Shown: positions 43,042-59,629, counted from the stretch's first letter. The stretch: 64,000 nt of DNA from an uncultured delta proteobacterium (GCA_963695875.1 CAVOID010000012.1:1-64000); one strand, 5' to 3'. Made by a program: numbers and translations. Notes: generated by a model not told the origin, from the letters alone.

Positions 43042-45024
43042 ATGTCACAAATTAACATTAAACGGGAGCAAATGGTTGAGACTGCAGACAAGGGACTATG
43101 TAAAAACAAAAAGGTATTGGTTGTGGATAATGATCCCGTTATGTTGAGCTTTATGAATAATTTACTTGTGGGCCATGGTTACGAGGCATCAACTGCAGGT
43201 GACGGTCTAACTGTTCTGAATATTCTGGAAACATGTATACCGGATGTCATCATTATGGACTTGATCATGCCAAATATTAATGGAGAGAAGCTATGCCAGA
43301 TGATCAGAAAAATGCCGCGTATGAAAGACACTTATATCGTAATTCTGTCTGCTGTAGCTGCAGAGTATGAAACAAACCTGGCTGATCTGGGAGCTAATGC
43401 CTGTATTGCAAAGGGACCTTTTAATAAAATGTCGGAACGCATTCTAGAGGCTTTAGATAAATTATATCTCTCTGCACCTTACGATTTCACAAATAAAATT
43501 ATAGGTATCGAAGAGACGTATTCGCGGAATATTGTCAAAGAATTACTCTCAGTAAAAAGTCATTTGGAGGTTATTCTATCAAGCATATCTGAGGGTATCT
43601 TTGAAATTACATCTGACGCAAAGATCGTTTATGCAAACCCGACTGCTATTTCTATTCTTGGCGTTCCTGAGGAAAAGCTCTTAGCTTTAAATGTCCTTGA
43701 GCTGTTTTACGAGATTGACCGGATAAAGGTAGAAAAGCTTTTTAAAAATAAGGCAAAGGCCAAACAAAATATCAACGATGATTCATATCGACTCATAAAC
43801 GGAAAAGAAGTTTCTCTGAATATTTTGCCTATAAGAGATGAAGAAAATAAGGCTGTTGTTGTACTGAATGACATTAGTGATCGAAAGCGACTGGAAGCGA
43901 AGGTAAGACAGGCTCATAAAATAGAGGCAATAGGCACTTTAGCTGGCGGCATTGCCCATGATTTCAACAATCTTCTGATGGGAATTCAAGGGTACACATC
44001 GCTCATCCTCTTTGATATGAATACAAACCACCCTTATTACGAGAAGTTGAAGAAAATCGAGGACCAGGTAAGGAGCGGCGCAGAGCTGACCAAGCAGCTT
44101 TTGGGTTTTGCTCGTGGTGGCCGTTATGAGGTCAGGGTTGCTGATTTAAATGAGATAATTGATAAGACCTCGACGATGTTTGGAAGGACAAAGAAGGAGA
44201 TCAGTATTCACCGCAAGTATGCGGATGCTCTCTGGGCAGTGGAGGTCGATCGCGGGCAGATAGAGCAGGCGCTTTTGAATCTGTATGTGAATGCCTGGCA
44301 GGCAATGCCCAGCGGCGGAGATATATATCTGGAGACCGCTAACGTTACTATAGATCAAGAGTATAAGAAATTGTTTGCTGTAAAGCCTGGAAAGTATGTA
44401 AAGGTCTCGGTTATGGATACGGGAATAGGAATGGATGAGAAGACGAAGGAGAGGATATTCGAGCCGTTTTTCACCACTAAGGGCATGGGAAGGGGTACGG
44501 GGCTTGGCCTCGCATCTGCCTATGGTATTATCAAGGGGCACAATGGTATAATAAATGTATACAGTGAGAAGGGGCATGGGACAAAATTTACCATATATCT
44601 TCCTGCATCGGGAAAAGCGGTTATGAAGGAGAAAGAGACTTCCGTGGATATTGTGAAAGGTGAGGAATCCCTCCTTCTTGTGGACGATGAAGATGTAATC
44701 ATTGATGTGAGCAAAGAGATTTTGGAAACGTTGGGCTATCATGTCCAAGTTGCGAGGAGCGGCAAGGAAGCTATAGATATATATAAAGAGAAGGGAAACG
44801 AGATTGATCTGGTTATATTGGACATGATTATGCCTGGTATAAGTGGCAGTGAGACATTCAATACTCTCAAGTCAATCAATCCTGACATAAAGGTGATCCT
44901 TTCAAGCGGGTACAGCATAGACGGCAAGGCGAAGGAGATTATGGAACGAGGTTGTAGAGCATTTATACAGAAACCTTTTGAGATGTCTGATTTGTCAAAT
45001 AAAATAAGAAAAGTTTTGGCTTAA
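43042..45024 (+). CDS. Hybrid histidine kinase (REC-PAS-HisKA-HATPase-REC)
   Basis: [32 protein letters not shown]. Confidence 0.93.
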   Translation: MSQINIKREQMVETADKGLCKNKKVLVVDNDPVMLSFMNNLLVGHGYEASTAGDGLTVLNILETCIPDVIIMDLIMPNINGEKLCQMIRKMPRMKDTYIVILSAVAAEYETNLADLGANACIAKGPFNKMSERILEALDKLYLSAPYDFTNKIIGIEETYSRNIVKELLSVKSHLEVILSSISEGIFEITSDAKIVYANPTAISILGVPEEKLLALNVLELFYEIDRIKVEKLFKNKAKAKQNINDDSYRLINGKEVSLNILPIRDEENKAVVVLNDISDRKRLEAKVRQAHKIEAIGTLAGGIAHDFNNLLMGIQGYTSLILFDMNTNHPYYEKLKKIEDQVRSGAELTKQLLGFARGGRYEVRVADLNEIIDKTSTMFGRTKKEISIHRKYADALWAVEVDRGQIEQALLNLYVNAWQAMPSGGDIYLETANVTIDQEYKKLFAVKPGKYVKVSVMDTGIGMDEKTKERIFEPFFTTKGMGRGTGLGLASAYGIIKGHNGIINVYSEKGHGTKFTIYLPASGKAVMKEKETSVDIVKGEESLLLVDDEDVIIDVSKEILETLGYHVQVARSGKEAIDIYKEKGNEIDLVILDMIMPGISGSETFNTLKSINPDIKVILSSGYSIDGKAKEIMERGCRAFIQKPFEMSDLSNKIRKVLA

Positions 45025-45258
45025 GCTAAGATATATTATTAATAGTCATTATTTTGTAACCATAATAAGAATCATCAATCCTTCCTGATATCCATCAATC
45101 TATTAGAAGATAGACCAGTAACAAGAAGACAATCAAATTATAAATTCCAAGAGACTCTCGCTGAAGGATCAAGTGAGTTAGATTTCCTGTTGAAAAATGT
45201 ATTGACTATAAATTACCCTTATATTAATTATTTAAAAAATAATAAATATTCAGGATAA

Positions 45259-46599
45259 TTGGCAAGATTGGAAAAGAAATATATCTTTGTACATACGTTT
45301 GGCTGTCAGATGAATGTTCATGATTCTGAAAAGATCGTGGCATTGATGGAAAATGCCGGTTACGAAAGTGTGGACAATATTAGGAAGGCTGATCTGATAA
45401 TCATCAATACGTGCAGTATTAGAGAGAAGGCTGCACAAAAGGTGTACAGCCAACTGGGGAGATTAAGAAAGTTAAAAAAAGAAAAGCCTGAACTCATTAT
45501 CGGAGTGGGGGGGTGCCTCGCTCAGCAGTGGGGGGAGAAGTTCATTGAAAAAGTGCCTTACCTGAATCTGGTTTTCGGAACACATAACATATATCATCTT
45601 CCTGAATTTATAGACACAATAGAAAAGACAGGAGTGCCGGTTGTCAAAACGGAATTTTACGAATCTGTAAAGTCCCTCAGTATTGGGGCACAGTCAAGAA
45701 ATGGAAAAGTAAGTTCCTATGTAACTATAATGCAGGGCTGCAATAATTTCTGTTCTTACTGTGTTGTTCCCTACGTCCGTGGTCGGGAAGAGAACAGAGA
45801 GTTCCAGGAAATTATTGATGAAGTTAAAACAATTGCGGCTAAAGGTGTAAAAGAGGTTACTCTTCTTGGGCAGAACGTCAATTCCTATTGTGGAGCTAAT
45901 GGCATTGGACATGATTTTGCAGATTTGGTGCAGGAAATTGGGATGATTAGTGGTATAGAGAGGATAAGATTTACAACCTCGCACCCTAAAGATCTCTCCG
46001 ATAAGCTAGTGAATTGTTTTTCAGTAGTTGATAAATTGTGTGAACATATTCATCTTCCGGTACAGTCGGGATCTGACCGAATTCTCAGAATGATGAACCG
46101 TTGTTATACGAGTTTTGATTATTTTGACAGAGTGGATAAACTCAGAACCGAATGTCCTGACATCAGCATTACTTCGGACATTATCGTGGGATTTCCCGGT
46201 GAAACGGATAGGGATTTTCAGGCAACGATTGACATGATGGAAAAAATCAGGTTTGATAACATTTTTTCCTTCAAGTACTCGGAACGTGAGGGAACTGCTG
46301 CGGCAGGACTTGGTGACAAGGTTAGTGAATGTGTTAAGCGTGACAGACTGCGAATGGTTCAGGCTCTTCAAGAGAGACATACCATCGCGAGAAATAGAGC
46401 TATTATAGGCAAAAATGAACAGATTCTTGTTGAAACCATGAGTAAAAACTCCCAGGAAGATGTGGCGGGGAGAACGAGGACAAATAAAATTGTGAACTTT
46501 AAAGGGAATTCTGAACTGATCGGTAAAACCGTTTCTGTTACTATAACTGATGCATATCTCCATTCCCTGAGGGGAGAACTCACGAAGGGAGGTTACTAA
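45259..46599 (+). CDS. miaB: tRNA-2-methylthio-N6-dimethylallyladenosine synthase
   Basis: TFGCQMNVHDSE, NTCSIRE, GCNNFCSYC, TRAM domain. Confidence 0.95.
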   Translation: MARLEKKYIFVHTFGCQMNVHDSEKIVALMENAGYESVDNIRKADLIIINTCSIREKAAQKVYSQLGRLRKLKKEKPELIIGVGGCLAQQWGEKFIEKVPYLNLVFGTHNIYHLPEFIDTIEKTGVPVVKTEFYESVKSLSIGAQSRNGKVSSYVTIMQGCNNFCSYCVVPYVRGREENREFQEIIDEVKTIAAKGVKEVTLLGQNVNSYCGANGIGHDFADLVQEIGMISGIERIRFTTSHPKDLSDKLVNCFSVVDKLCEHIHLPVQSGSDRILRMMNRCYTSFDYFDRVDKLRTECPDISITSDIIVGFPGETDRDFQATIDMMEKIRFDNIFSFKYSEREGTAAAGLGDKVSECVKRDRLRMVQALQERHTIARNRAIIGKNEQILVETMSKNSQEDVAGRTRTNKIVNFKGNSELIGKTVSVTITDAYLHSLRGELTKGGY

Positions 46600-47100
46600 A
46601 TGTTAATTAAGATGAAAGTCGCTGGATTAACGATAGATCCGCTGACGAATACGCCTATTGTAATTTTAAAGGATCTCGATGAGAAAAAGGCTATTCCTAT
46701 ATGGATAGGCCTTTTTGAAGCCAGCGCTATTGCAACGGAACTGGAAAAAATTACTTTTTCCAGGCCTATGACGCACGATCTTATATATGAACTTTTGAAG
46801 ACTCTTGGCGTTGAAGTAGTCAAGGTTGAGATTCATGATCTCAGAAATAACACTTTTTTTGCCAATATCCATTTGCTTAAGGAAAATGAAACAATTGTGG
46901 TTGATTCACGGCCGAGTGATGCAATTGCATTAGCATTGAGGGCTAATGCCCAGATATTTGTTGACGAAAAAGTCATCGAAAAATCGAGGAATGTCGATTT
47001 TGGCAAGAAGATAACGGATCTCGATAATTTAAAAGACGAAAAATTAAAAGAATTTCTTGAAAATCTTTCTCCTGAGGATTTTGGAAAGTATAAGATGTGA
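46600..47100 (+). CDS. Bifunctional nuclease family (DUF151)
   Basis: PIWIGLFEA, RPMTHDL, DSRPSDAIALA. Confidence 0.9.
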   Translation: MLIKMKVAGLTIDPLTNTPIVILKDLDEKKAIPIWIGLFEASAIATELEKITFSRPMTHDLIYELLKTLGVEVVKVEIHDLRNNTFFANIHLLKENETIVVDSRPSDAIALALRANAQIFVDEKVIEKSRNVDFGKKITDLDNLKDEKLKEFLENLSPEDFGKYKM

Positions 47101-47267
47101 GGTGATCCATATATTTCAGAGATAAGATCAAAGAAGAAATGATAGTCTGCAGTATACGAGATGTGTTTTTGGTTCATATTTAACTGTATTTCGTTTTGAT
47201 TTTTGCCACGAGAGAGTACGGAAGTGCTTAAATTTGAAAATGTCGTGGCTCTTATTTTTTCAGAGAT

Positions 47268-48248
47268 ATGGAAAAGGAAATCGAAGATTTCGGCATTCAC
47301 ATGGATGTCGAGAGGAACCTTTCGCCAAATACGAGGAGAAATTATCTTGCCGATGTGAGACAGTTCAAACAGTTTCTTGACACTAACAATATTTCTGCAA
47401 GGGGAAATGATACTGATAACATGATCGACATTGACTATATTATAATCAGGGCCTTTCTGGGATCACTCTATCGTGAAAGGCTCAAGAAAATAACTATATC
47501 AAGAAAAGTGAGCGCACTAAGGACTTTTTTTAATTATCTCCAGCGCAAAGGAAAATTAAAGGTTAATCCGGCTCAGATGGTTCAGGCACCCAAGACGGAA
47601 AAATATATACCTGCATTTCTTTCCGTGGATGAAATGTTTACTCTGCTCAATGCAAAAAGCCGTTCAGATGCCGTAGGTGTAAGAGACAGGGCCATCATAG
47701 AGCTGTTCTATTCTTCAGGCATTCGTCTCAGCGAGCTTGTCGGTCTGAACATTAGGGATATCGATTACGGTCAGGGGTTGATGAAGGTCAAGGGGAAGGG
47801 AAAGAAGGAGAGGATAGTTCCCGTCGGTGATCAAGCAATTGTTGCCGTAAGAGCCTATCTTGAAAAAAGGTGTGAGATTTCGAGGACAAATGTAAAAAAT
47901 GATTATGGTGGTCCGATCTTTATCAGCAGGGAAGGTACCAGGCTAAGTACGAGGAGCGTGGCAAGAATCCTGGACAAATTGGTCATTTCTAGTGGATTGG
48001 GGAGAAAAATCAGCCCACATATGCTGCGGCATACTTTTGCCACGCATATGATGGAGGCTGGTGCTGATCTTCGGGCCATTCAGGAATTCCTTGGTCATGA
48101 GAGCCTTTCTACAACACAAAAATACACTTCTGTCAGTGTAGGGAGATTACTGGAAGTATACGATAAAGCCCATCCAAAGGCCGGAGGTGTTAATTCCGAA
48201 AAAAGGGAAGTTCATCAGGCAGGAGAAAATTCCAGCAAGGAAAAATAA
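47268..48248 (+). CDS. xerC: Tyrosine recombinase XerC
   Basis: R-H-R-Y catalytic residues (GIRLSE, HMLRH, LGH, TTQKY); upstream of hslVU. Confidence 0.9.
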   Translation: MEKEIEDFGIHMDVERNLSPNTRRNYLADVRQFKQFLDTNNISARGNDTDNMIDIDYIIIRAFLGSLYRERLKKITISRKVSALRTFFNYLQRKGKLKVNPAQMVQAPKTEKYIPAFLSVDEMFTLLNAKSRSDAVGVRDRAIIELFYSSGIRLSELVGLNIRDIDYGQGLMKVKGKGKKERIVPVGDQAIVAVRAYLEKRCEISRTNVKNDYGGPIFISREGTRLSTRSVARILDKLVISSGLGRKISPHMLRHTFATHMMEAGADLRAIQEFLGHESLSTTQKYTSVSVGRLLEVYDKAHPKAGGVNSEKREVHQAGENSSKEK

Positions 48249-48284
48249 TTTACAAGACTCATCGAGGGAGGTTTAAAACCGCTT

Positions 48285-48872
48285 ATGAACATAAGGGGAA
48301 CCACCATATTGGCCGTCAAGCATAAGGGAAAGGTTACAGTTGCCGGTGACGGTCAGGTAACAATTGATGTAACAGTCATGAAACATGGAGCCAGAAAGGT
48401 TCGCAGGTTGTATAATAATCAAGTTATTGTCGGTTTCGCAGGTACAACAGCCGATGCATTCACCCTCTTTGACAGGTTTGACCAGAAGCTGGAGCAATAT
48501 AAAGGTAATTTATTGAGAGCGGCTGTTGAACTCACAAAGGACTGGAGGACAGACAGGATTTTGAGGCATCTGGAGGCATTAATGATTGCTGTCAGTAAGG
48601 AACATTTTTTGATCGTATCAGGAAATGGCGATGTCATTGAATCTGACGATGATGTGATGGCTATAGGATCAGGAGGTCCTTATGCACTGGCGGCAGCACG
48701 CGCCCTTGTCAGGTATTCGGATTTGACGGCAACAGAGATAGCGAAACAGGCTCTTAAGATTGCATCAGAAATCTGCATTTATACGAATGATAACATTACA
48801 GTCGAAGAGCTGGATATTCATCAGGACGCAGACGACAGAAAAAATGCGAAATCGAAAGGATTAAAAGGATAA
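48285..48872 (+). CDS. hslV: ATP-dependent protease subunit HslV
   Basis: GTTIL, AGDGQVT, GSGG. Confidence 0.97.
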   Translation: MNIRGTTILAVKHKGKVTVAGDGQVTIDVTVMKHGARKVRRLYNNQVIVGFAGTTADAFTLFDRFDQKLEQYKGNLLRAAVELTKDWRTDRILRHLEALMIAVSKEHFLIVSGNGDVIESDDDVMAIGSGGPYALAAARALVRYSDLTATEIAKQALKIASEICIYTNDNITVEELDIHQDADDRKNAKSKGLKG

Positions 48873-48875
48873 TAT

Positions 48876-50258
48876 ATGTCGTCTAATCAATTGACACCAA
48901 GAGAGATTGTAGAACAATTAGACAAATATATCATCGGACAGGGTGAGGCCAAGAGGGCAGTTGCAATTGCACTCAGAAACCGGTGGAGGCGTCAGAATGT
49001 AACAAAAGAACTCGGAGAAGAAATATCCCCGAAAAACATCATTATGATTGGTCCAACAGGTGTGGGAAAGACAGAGATTGCCCGGAGACTCGCGAAACTG
49101 GACAATTCTCCATTTTTAAAGATAGAAGCATCAAAGTTTACCGAGGTCGGTTACGTTGGGAGGGATGTAGAGTCCATGGTTCGCGATCTCGTTGAACTGG
49201 CTGTGAATATGGTTAAATCAGAGGAGCAGGAAAATATAAAGCCTAAGGCGGCCGAGATTGCGGAAGAGAGGCTTCTTGATATTTTACTTCCACCGAAACC
49301 CGTTGAGAAGAAGGTGGAAGACCTAATTTCAGACAGACATTTGGAACTGCATGAAGCTGAGCAGCCTCAACAATTTGATAACACCCGTGAAAAAATGCGC
49401 AGACTTCTCCATGAAGGGAAGTTGGATAATCGATACGTGGATCTGGAGATACAGGAATCACGCAGTGGTCCGATGATAGAGGTATTTACTTCTTCCGGTA
49501 TCGAAGACATGGGATTGAATATCAAAGAGATGTTTGGGAATATATTTCCACAGAAGAAAAAAAAGGCGCGCGTAAAAATTCCCGAAGCGCTGGAAATACT
49601 CGAAAATGAGGAAGCCCAAAGACTGGTGGACATGGACAAAGTTACGAAAGCGGCTATTGAACGCGTGGAACAATCGGGAATCATATTTCTGGATGAGATC
49701 GATAAGATCGTTGGAAGCGATGGGACTCATGGTCCGGATGTTTCAAGGGAAGGTGTTCAGAGGGATCTACTGCCGATTGTGGAAGGTTCTACTGTAAATA
49801 CACGTTATGGAATGGTCAAAACCGACCATATCCTTTTTATCTCGGCAGGAGCGTTCAGTTCCTCAAAACCGTCTGATCTGATTCCGGAGCTTCAGGGGCG
49901 CTTTCCTATCAGGGTTGAGATGGATTCCCTTGGTAAAGATGAATTCATCAGGATCCTGACGGAACCCCATAATGCACTGATCAAACAGTACATTGAGATG
50001 ATGGCTACAGAAGGGGTTAAGCTGTCTTTCACGGACGATGCAATTGCGGAGATAGCGGAAGTGGCAGCGGTTGTTAACGAAAGAACAGAGAACATAGGGG
50101 CCAGGCGCCTTTATACAATTATGGAAACGCTTCTAGATGATATTTCCTTCAATGCCCCCGATATGGCAGGGACGGAAGAAGTCATTGATGCGAATTATGT
50201 AAAGGAAAAATTGGAGAACATCGTCGAGGATGAGGACCTAAGCAGGTATATCCTCTAA
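48876..50258 (+). CDS. hslU: ATP-dependent protease ATPase subunit HslU
   Basis: [26 protein letters not shown]. Confidence 0.97.
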   Translation: MSSNQLTPREIVEQLDKYIIGQGEAKRAVAIALRNRWRRQNVTKELGEEISPKNIIMIGPTGVGKTEIARRLAKLDNSPFLKIEASKFTEVGYVGRDVESMVRDLVELAVNMVKSEEQENIKPKAAEIAEERLLDILLPPKPVEKKVEDLISDRHLELHEAEQPQQFDNTREKMRRLLHEGKLDNRYVDLEIQESRSGPMIEVFTSSGIEDMGLNIKEMFGNIFPQKKKKARVKIPEALEILENEEAQRLVDMDKVTKAAIERVEQSGIIFLDEIDKIVGSDGTHGPDVSREGVQRDLLPIVEGSTVNTRYGMVKTDHILFISAGAFSSSKPSDLIPELQGRFPIRVEMDSLGKDEFIRILTEPHNALIKQYIEMMATEGVKLSFTDDAIAEIAEVAAVVNERTENIGARRLYTIMETLLDDISFNAPDMAGTEEVIDANYVKEKLENIVEDEDLSRYIL

Positions 50259-50270
50259 TTTAGAAGTTGA

Positions 50271-51291
<1,021 letters not shown>

Positions 51292-51310
51292 GACAGGAGA
51301 ATGCAGAAAC

Positions 51311-52500
51311 ATGACAACCGATGAGTTAATCAGCCTTTCGGATAAATATATCATGGCAACGTACAAACGCTTTCCCATAGTGCTGGTGAGAGGTGCAGGT
51401 GCGAGGGTCTGGGATAGCAACGGGAAGGAATACCTTGATTTTGTTGCCGGGATTGCCGTGTGCAGCCTGGGACATTCGCATCCGAAGGTTATCGCGGCAA
51501 TAAAAAAGCAGGTGGAGATTCTCACCCATGTATCCAATCTCTATTATATAGAACCTCAGATTCATGTTGGCACGGATGCTGGTGGAAAATTCCTTTGCCG
51601 ACAAGGTATTTTTCTGTAACAGCGGTGCGGAGGCAAATGAGGCGGCGATAAAACTTGCCCGAAAGTATGCTTATGAAAACATGACGGGTGGAAAATATGA
51701 GTTGATTACCATGAAAGACTCATTTCATGGGCGCACCCTTGCAACGGTAACGGCTACGGGACAGACGAAGTTTCAGGTTGGCTTTTCACCGCTGCTGGAG
51801 GGATTCAGGTATGTGCCGTTCAATGATATTCCGGCCCTTAATGATGCAATTACGGAGAAGACATGCGGAATCATGCTCGAGCCGATCCAGGGAGAAGGGG
51901 GCATAAAAATTCCCGATGATGAATATCTCAGTAAGGTCAGGAAAATCTGTGATGACCGGGGACTTCTGATGATTCTCGACGAGGTTCAGGTAGCAATGGG
52001 AAGAACAGGCACCCTCTTCGCGTATGAACAGTATAATGTGAAAGCCTGATATCGTCACACTTGCAAAAGCCGTGGGTAACGGATTTCCCGTAGGGGTAAT
52101 GATGGCGACAGATAAGGTTGCATCTGCCTTTCAGCCCGGTAACCATGCCTCAACGTTCGGCGGGAATCCCCTTGCCATGGCTGCAGGTCTGGCGACATTG
52201 GAAACCATTCTGAATGATGGAGTTCTTGAAAACGTGAAGAGGGTGGGGGCTTATTTTATGAGAAGGCTTCACGAATTGAAAAGCAAGTGTCGCCGTGATC
52301 AAAGACGTAAGGGGAAGAGGATTGATTATCGGTGTGGAACTGACTATTGAAGGAGCGAATATCGTTAAAGAATGCATGGATAGAGGGCTTTTGATCAATT
52401 GCACCGGTGGAAATGTTCTTCGGTTTGTACCGCCATTTATTATTACGGAAGAGGATGTGGATACTGCCGTCGAAATTCTGGGTGAGGTGCTGGCAGCAAC

Positions 52501-52504
<4 letters not shown>
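51311..52504 (+). CDS. argD: Acetylornithine aminotransferase (frameshifted)
   Basis: [43 protein letters not shown]. Confidence 0.93.
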
Positions 52505-54648
<2,144 letters not shown>

Positions 54649-54659
54649 GACGGGGACCT

Positions 54660-56046
54660 ATGTCAGCAAAACAAAAGAAACCATGGGGTGGGCGATTTCG
54701 CGAACCGACAAATAAAATGGTGGAGGCATTCACCGCTTCTATTCACTTTGATAAACGACTCTATCGCTACGATATTGAGGGGAGCATTGCCCATACAAGA
54801 ATGTTAGCAAGGCAGAAGCTCATTACAAGAGAGGATGAGAGGCTCATCATCATCGGATTGAAGGGAATCCTGGCGGATATCGAAAAAGGGGAATTTATCT
54901 TTAAACCCGAAGATGAAGATATCCACATGGCTATAGAAAAGGCCCTCATAGAGAGGGCAGGTGCAGCGGGTGAGAAACTCCATACTGCGAGAAGCAGAAA
55001 TGATCAGGTCTCGCTGGATGTCCGCATGTATCTCAGAGAGGAAATCGAGCAGATCATTAAAATGGTGGCTCGGCTTAAAGACATTGCTCGTTGGACTGGC
55101 CAATAGGGAAGATGGCACCATAATGCCCGGATATACTCACCTGCAAAAGGCGCAACCTGTGTTGTTGGCCCATTATCTTATAGCTTACTGGGATATGCTG
55201 GATCGGGATGAGCAGCGATTACGCGAATGCTATGCGCGTGTGAACATTATGCCACTGGGTTCTGCTGCCCTGGCAGGAACCGGCTTGCCGATTGACAGGG
55301 CATATGTCGCGAACCTGCTGAAATTTCGAGAAATGTCTAAAAACAGCATGGATGCCGTTTCGGACCGGGACTTTGTTGCAGAGTTCGTCTTTGCCGCTTC
55401 TCTTATCATGATGCATATGAGCCGATTCTGCGAAGACCTCATCATCTGGTCAACGGATGAGTTTCAATTTGTGGAGATATCTGATGCTTTTACCACAGGA
55501 AGCAGCATTATGCCGCAAAAGAAGAATCCCGACGTAGCTGAACTTATTCGGGGGAAAACAGGGCGCGTATACGGGAATCTTGTTTCGCTTCTTACGGTCA
55601 TGAAGGGACTTCCCATGACATATAACAGGGACCTCCAGGAGGATAAGGAGCCCCTCTTCGATACTGTTGATACGATAAAAAGATGTCTTGAGATCCTGTC
55701 ATCAATGATTAAAAGTGTGAAGTTCAATCGGGTAAAGATGTTAGAAGATGCTTCTGGGGGCTTCTCGACGGCAACTGACGTTGCTGAATATCTCGTTATG
55801 AAAGGTATTCCTTTCCGTACAGCCCATGAAATCGTCGGTCGACTTGTTGCATATTGTATTGGGAAAGATAAAGAAATGCATGTTATTACGTTGAAAGAAT
55901 TCCGCCAGTTCAGCAAGAGCTTCGGGGAAGACATTTACGAATATCTTAAAGTTGAAAACGCTGTGAATTCAAGAAAAAGCCCCGGCAGTACTTCCAGGGA
56001 AGCGGTTTTGATGCGGATAAGAGATATTGAAGGCAGAAAGAAATGA
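54660..56046 (+). CDS. argH: Argininosuccinate lyase (frameshift near 55085)
   Basis: WGGRF, RSRNDQ, GSSIMPQKKNPD. Confidence 0.95.
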
Positions 56047-56532
56047 TAAAGGCAGACAGACTTCTATGCATCTTATTCTGTTTTTGTATGCTTCTCGGGG
56101 GAGGTATCCAGAGCTGTGGGAAAAAAGGTGATCCGCGGCCTCCTGGTATTCCTCCGCCACGAGCCATTTCTGACCTCAGAGCAAAGATCGTTGAAGCAGG
56201 GGTTATTCTCCGCTGGAGTGTCCCTGATGCAAAGAGTGGTATTCGGAATTTTAAGATACAGAGAAGCGATCTTCCGACGGAGGGCGCTGTGTGTCCGGAT
56301 TGTCCCCGTGAATATAATACCATAGCGGACATTTCTGCGAATGATCCACTGCTGACCAGGGAAGAGGGAAATATTGTAAGCTATCTGGATCGGCGCATCA
56401 AGACCGGGTATATTTACACATATCGTATTATCGTATGCGATATAAGGCGGACTTTGCAGTGAGGCATCCAATATTGAGGAAGTAAGAATCTTCCCTGATC
56501 TGCCTCAGAAGGAAAGTCAGAGAAATAAATAA
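56043..56532 (+). CDS. Lipoprotein with an FnIII-like domain (LptM-like N-terminus)
   Basis: SCGKKGDPRPP; LRW...CPDCP...Y.D....G..Y.YRI. Confidence 0.65.
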
Positions 56533-56573
56533 TTTAGGAAGGCAATATTTATTGTAACAAGGGCAAGTGGTAA

Positions 56574-57837
56574 ATGAATTATTTTCATTACAAAGACAGG
56601 CAGACTGTGGTGCGAGGAAGTTCCTGTTAGTGATATTGCCAGGGATGTGGGGACACCGTTCTATCTTTACAGTCACAGGACTCTGAGACATCATTTCCGT
56701 GTCTTCGATGAGGCGTTTGCTGATCTTCCACACATGATCTGCTTTTCTGTTAAATCTAATTCAAATATTGCCGTACTCAGGATTTTTATTAATGAAGGAA
56801 GCGGCGTGGATATTGTGTCCGGTGGGGAGCTGTATCGAGCCCTGCAAGCGGGGGTGGATACGCAGAAGATCGTTTATTCCGGTGTGGGGAAGAGAGTCGA
56901 TGAAATCGAATATGCACTCAAATCAGACATCCTGATGTTTAATGTTGAGTCATCACAGGAGCTTCATGTAATCAATAACTGTGCTGAAAAGTTGGGGAAG
57001 ACGGCCGGAATTGCATTACGGGTGAACCCGGATGTAGATCCTGAAACCCATCCTCACATATCAACGGGCCTTAAAGAAAACAAATTTGGGATTGACATCG
57101 GCAGATCAAGGGAGGAATACCGGAAGGCAAAGAGACTGGCTAATATAGATATTAAAGGGGTAAGCTGTCATATCGGTTCACAGGTGACCAAGATTTCTCC
57201 TTTTATAGATACCCTTGATCGTCTAAAAAAACTGATTAAATTTCTCACAGAAGATGATATAGAAATCAAGTATGTTGATTTGGGAGGCGGCCTCGGTATA
57301 ACCTACGACCAGGAAGAGGCCCCCCATCCTTCAGAGTATGCAAAGGCTATCATTGATGCAGCAAAGGATATATATTGTACTTTTATTTTTGAACCGGGAA
57401 GGGTTATTGTAGGCAATGCCGGCATAATGGTAACAGAGGTACTTTATACAAAACGCAATGCAGGGAAAATGTTTATCATTATCGATGCAGGCATGAACGA
57501 TTTAATTCGTCCCAGCTTATATGATTCATACCATCATATTCAACCGGTGATTCAGAAAGAGAGGGGTGAAATTGTTGCTGATGTGGTTGGTCCTATTTGT
57601 GAATCTGGTGACTATCTGGCAAGGGAGAGAAAGATTTTCAGGTTTGAGAGAGGCGAATTGATGGCGGTTATGAGTGCAGGTGCGTATGGATTTTCCATGT
57701 CATCCAATTATAATTCAAGAGGAAGGATACCGGAAGTACTGGTCAAAGATGATCGTTTCTTTATCATCAGAAAAAGGGAAACATACAGCGATTTAATCAG
57801 GGGAGAAGAGTTGCCGGAATTCTTAAAGCAGCAGTAA
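56574..57837 (+). CDS. lysA: Diaminopimelate decarboxylase (5' frameshift)
   Basis: GTPFYLYS, SVKSN, HIGSQ, EPGR, GPICE. Confidence 0.95.
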
Positions 57838-57900
57838 TCACGGCGTGGGCTAAAGCATTCAGTCAAAGCAACTGAGTATATTGAGGGATAAGGAGAAATT

Positions 57901-58773
57901 ATGTTTAGCGGAGCAATTGTAGCAATTGTTACACCTTTCAAAAACGGAAAGGTGGATGAGGAGACGTTGAGGAGACTGATTGAATTTCAAATCGCTAACG
58001 GGACAGATGGGATAGTTCCGTGTGGAACGACAGGAGAGTCCTCAACCTTGTCACACGAGGAACATGACAGAGTAATTGAGATCACCATAGATGCTGTAAA
58101 AAAAAGAGTACCGGTCATTGCCGGAACCGGTTCCAATAGTACGGATGAAGCCCTCCGGTTAACGAAGCATGCCCATGAGGCAGGTGCTGATGGGGCGTTG
58201 ATGGTCTGTCCATATTACAATAGACCGACCCAGGAAGGACTTTATCAGCATTTTAAGATCATTGCGGAAAGTGTTCCGATTCCGATTGTCCCGTACAATA
58301 TTCCAGGCAGGACCGGGGTCAATCTTATGCCGGAGACTGTCGCAAGACTTTCCAAAATCAGCAATATTGTCGGAATTAAAGAGGCATCCGGTTCTCTGAA
58401 ACAGATGCATGACGTGATCAGTCTTTGTGAGAAAGATTTTGACGTCCTTTCCGGAGATGATTTTTTTACATTGCCGTTATTGCTGCTTGGCGGCAAAGGG
58501 GTTATTTCCGTTATTTCCAATGTGGCACCTGCCGATATGGCGTCCATGATAGATGCTTTTGCAGGCGGTGATATCAGGAAAGCAAGACAATTGCATGATA
58601 AAATGGTTCCTCTGATTGATGCGCTGTTTCTTGAAACCAATCCGGTACCGGTTAAAGCTGCCCTGGCTATGATGGGGAAAATTTCATACGACGTGCGGCT
58701 TCCATTGTATAAAATGTCTGACAGTAACTATGAAAAACTGAAGAGTGCCATGAAAAATTATAGGCTTATCTAA
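57901..58773 (+). CDS. dapA: 4-hydroxy-tetrahydrodipicolinate synthase
   Basis: GTTGE, PYYN, YNIPGRT, GIKEA, NPVPVK. Confidence 0.97.
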   Translation: MFSGAIVAIVTPFKNGKVDEETLRRLIEFQIANGTDGIVPCGTTGESSTLSHEEHDRVIEITIDAVKKRVPVIAGTGSNSTDEALRLTKHAHEAGADGALMVCPYYNRPTQEGLYQHFKIIAESVPIPIVPYNIPGRTGVNLMPETVARLSKISNIVGIKEASGSLKQMHDVISLCEKDFDVLSGDDFFTLPLLLLGGKGVISVISNVAPADMASMIDAFAGGDIRKARQLHDKMVPLIDALFLETNPVPVKAALAMMGKISYDVRLPLYKMSDSNYEKLKSAMKNYRLI

Positions 58774-58811
58774 CAGTAAGATTTGGAGAAAAAATCTGTA
58801 GGAGAATTTAG

Positions 58812-59623
58812 ATGATCAAGGCTATTGTTACCGGTGCCGGTGGCAGGATGGGAGGCAGGATAATAAGCCTTCTATCTGCTGATGGAAGTTATAAAATTGG
58901 TGGGTGCCGTGGAGCAGAAAGGCCATGACCTTGTCGGAAAGGACATAGGTGAGAAACTTGGTCTTGGTAAAACAGGTATTGCTGTTGATGATCGACTTGT
59001 CAGCGTGTATTGATAAGGGTGATGTGGTCATTGATTTTACCCATCATGAGGCCTCCTTGAACCATCTTGAGATTGCCGCGGAGAAAAGTCGCGCTATTGT
59101 TATCGGCAGCACGGGTTTTACTGCGGATGAAATGGCAAGAATTAAAGAGCTAGCTGCAAAGACGCGCTGTGTCCAGTCACCTAATATGAGTATAGGAGTA
59201 AATGTCATGTTCAAGGTTCTCGACTATGTGGCAGGAATACTGGGGGATGATTATGACGTGGAGATTATGGAAGCTCATCACCATTTAAAAAAGGACGCCC
59301 CAAGCGGAACCGCATTGAAGATGGCTCACATCATAGCGGGAAAGCTGGGTCGCGATCTGGAACATGCCGGCGTTTATACCAGGAAAGGTATGATCGGTGA
59401 AAGAAGTAAGACTGAAATCGGTATTCAGACCTTGAGGGCCGGTGATATAGTGGGAGAGCATATGGTCATGTTCGGCGGAATCGGTGAGAGATTGGAATTT
59501 ATTCATCGCGCCCATAGTCGGGACAATTTTGCACGGGGTGCAATACTGGCAGCAAAATGGATCGTAGATCAGAGAAATGGTTTATATGATATGCAGGATG
59601 TATTAGGGATCAAGGGAAGGTAA
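58812..59623 (+). CDS. dapB: 4-hydroxy-tetrahydrodipicolinate reductase (frameshifted)
   Basis: GAGGRMG, IDFT, EAHHHLKKDAPSGTA. Confidence 0.93.
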
Positions 59624-59629
59624 CTTTAG

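Noticed and set aside
47268..48248. Tyrosine recombinase as a phage or island integrase
   Set aside because: Sequence and position upstream of hslVU match housekeeping XerC
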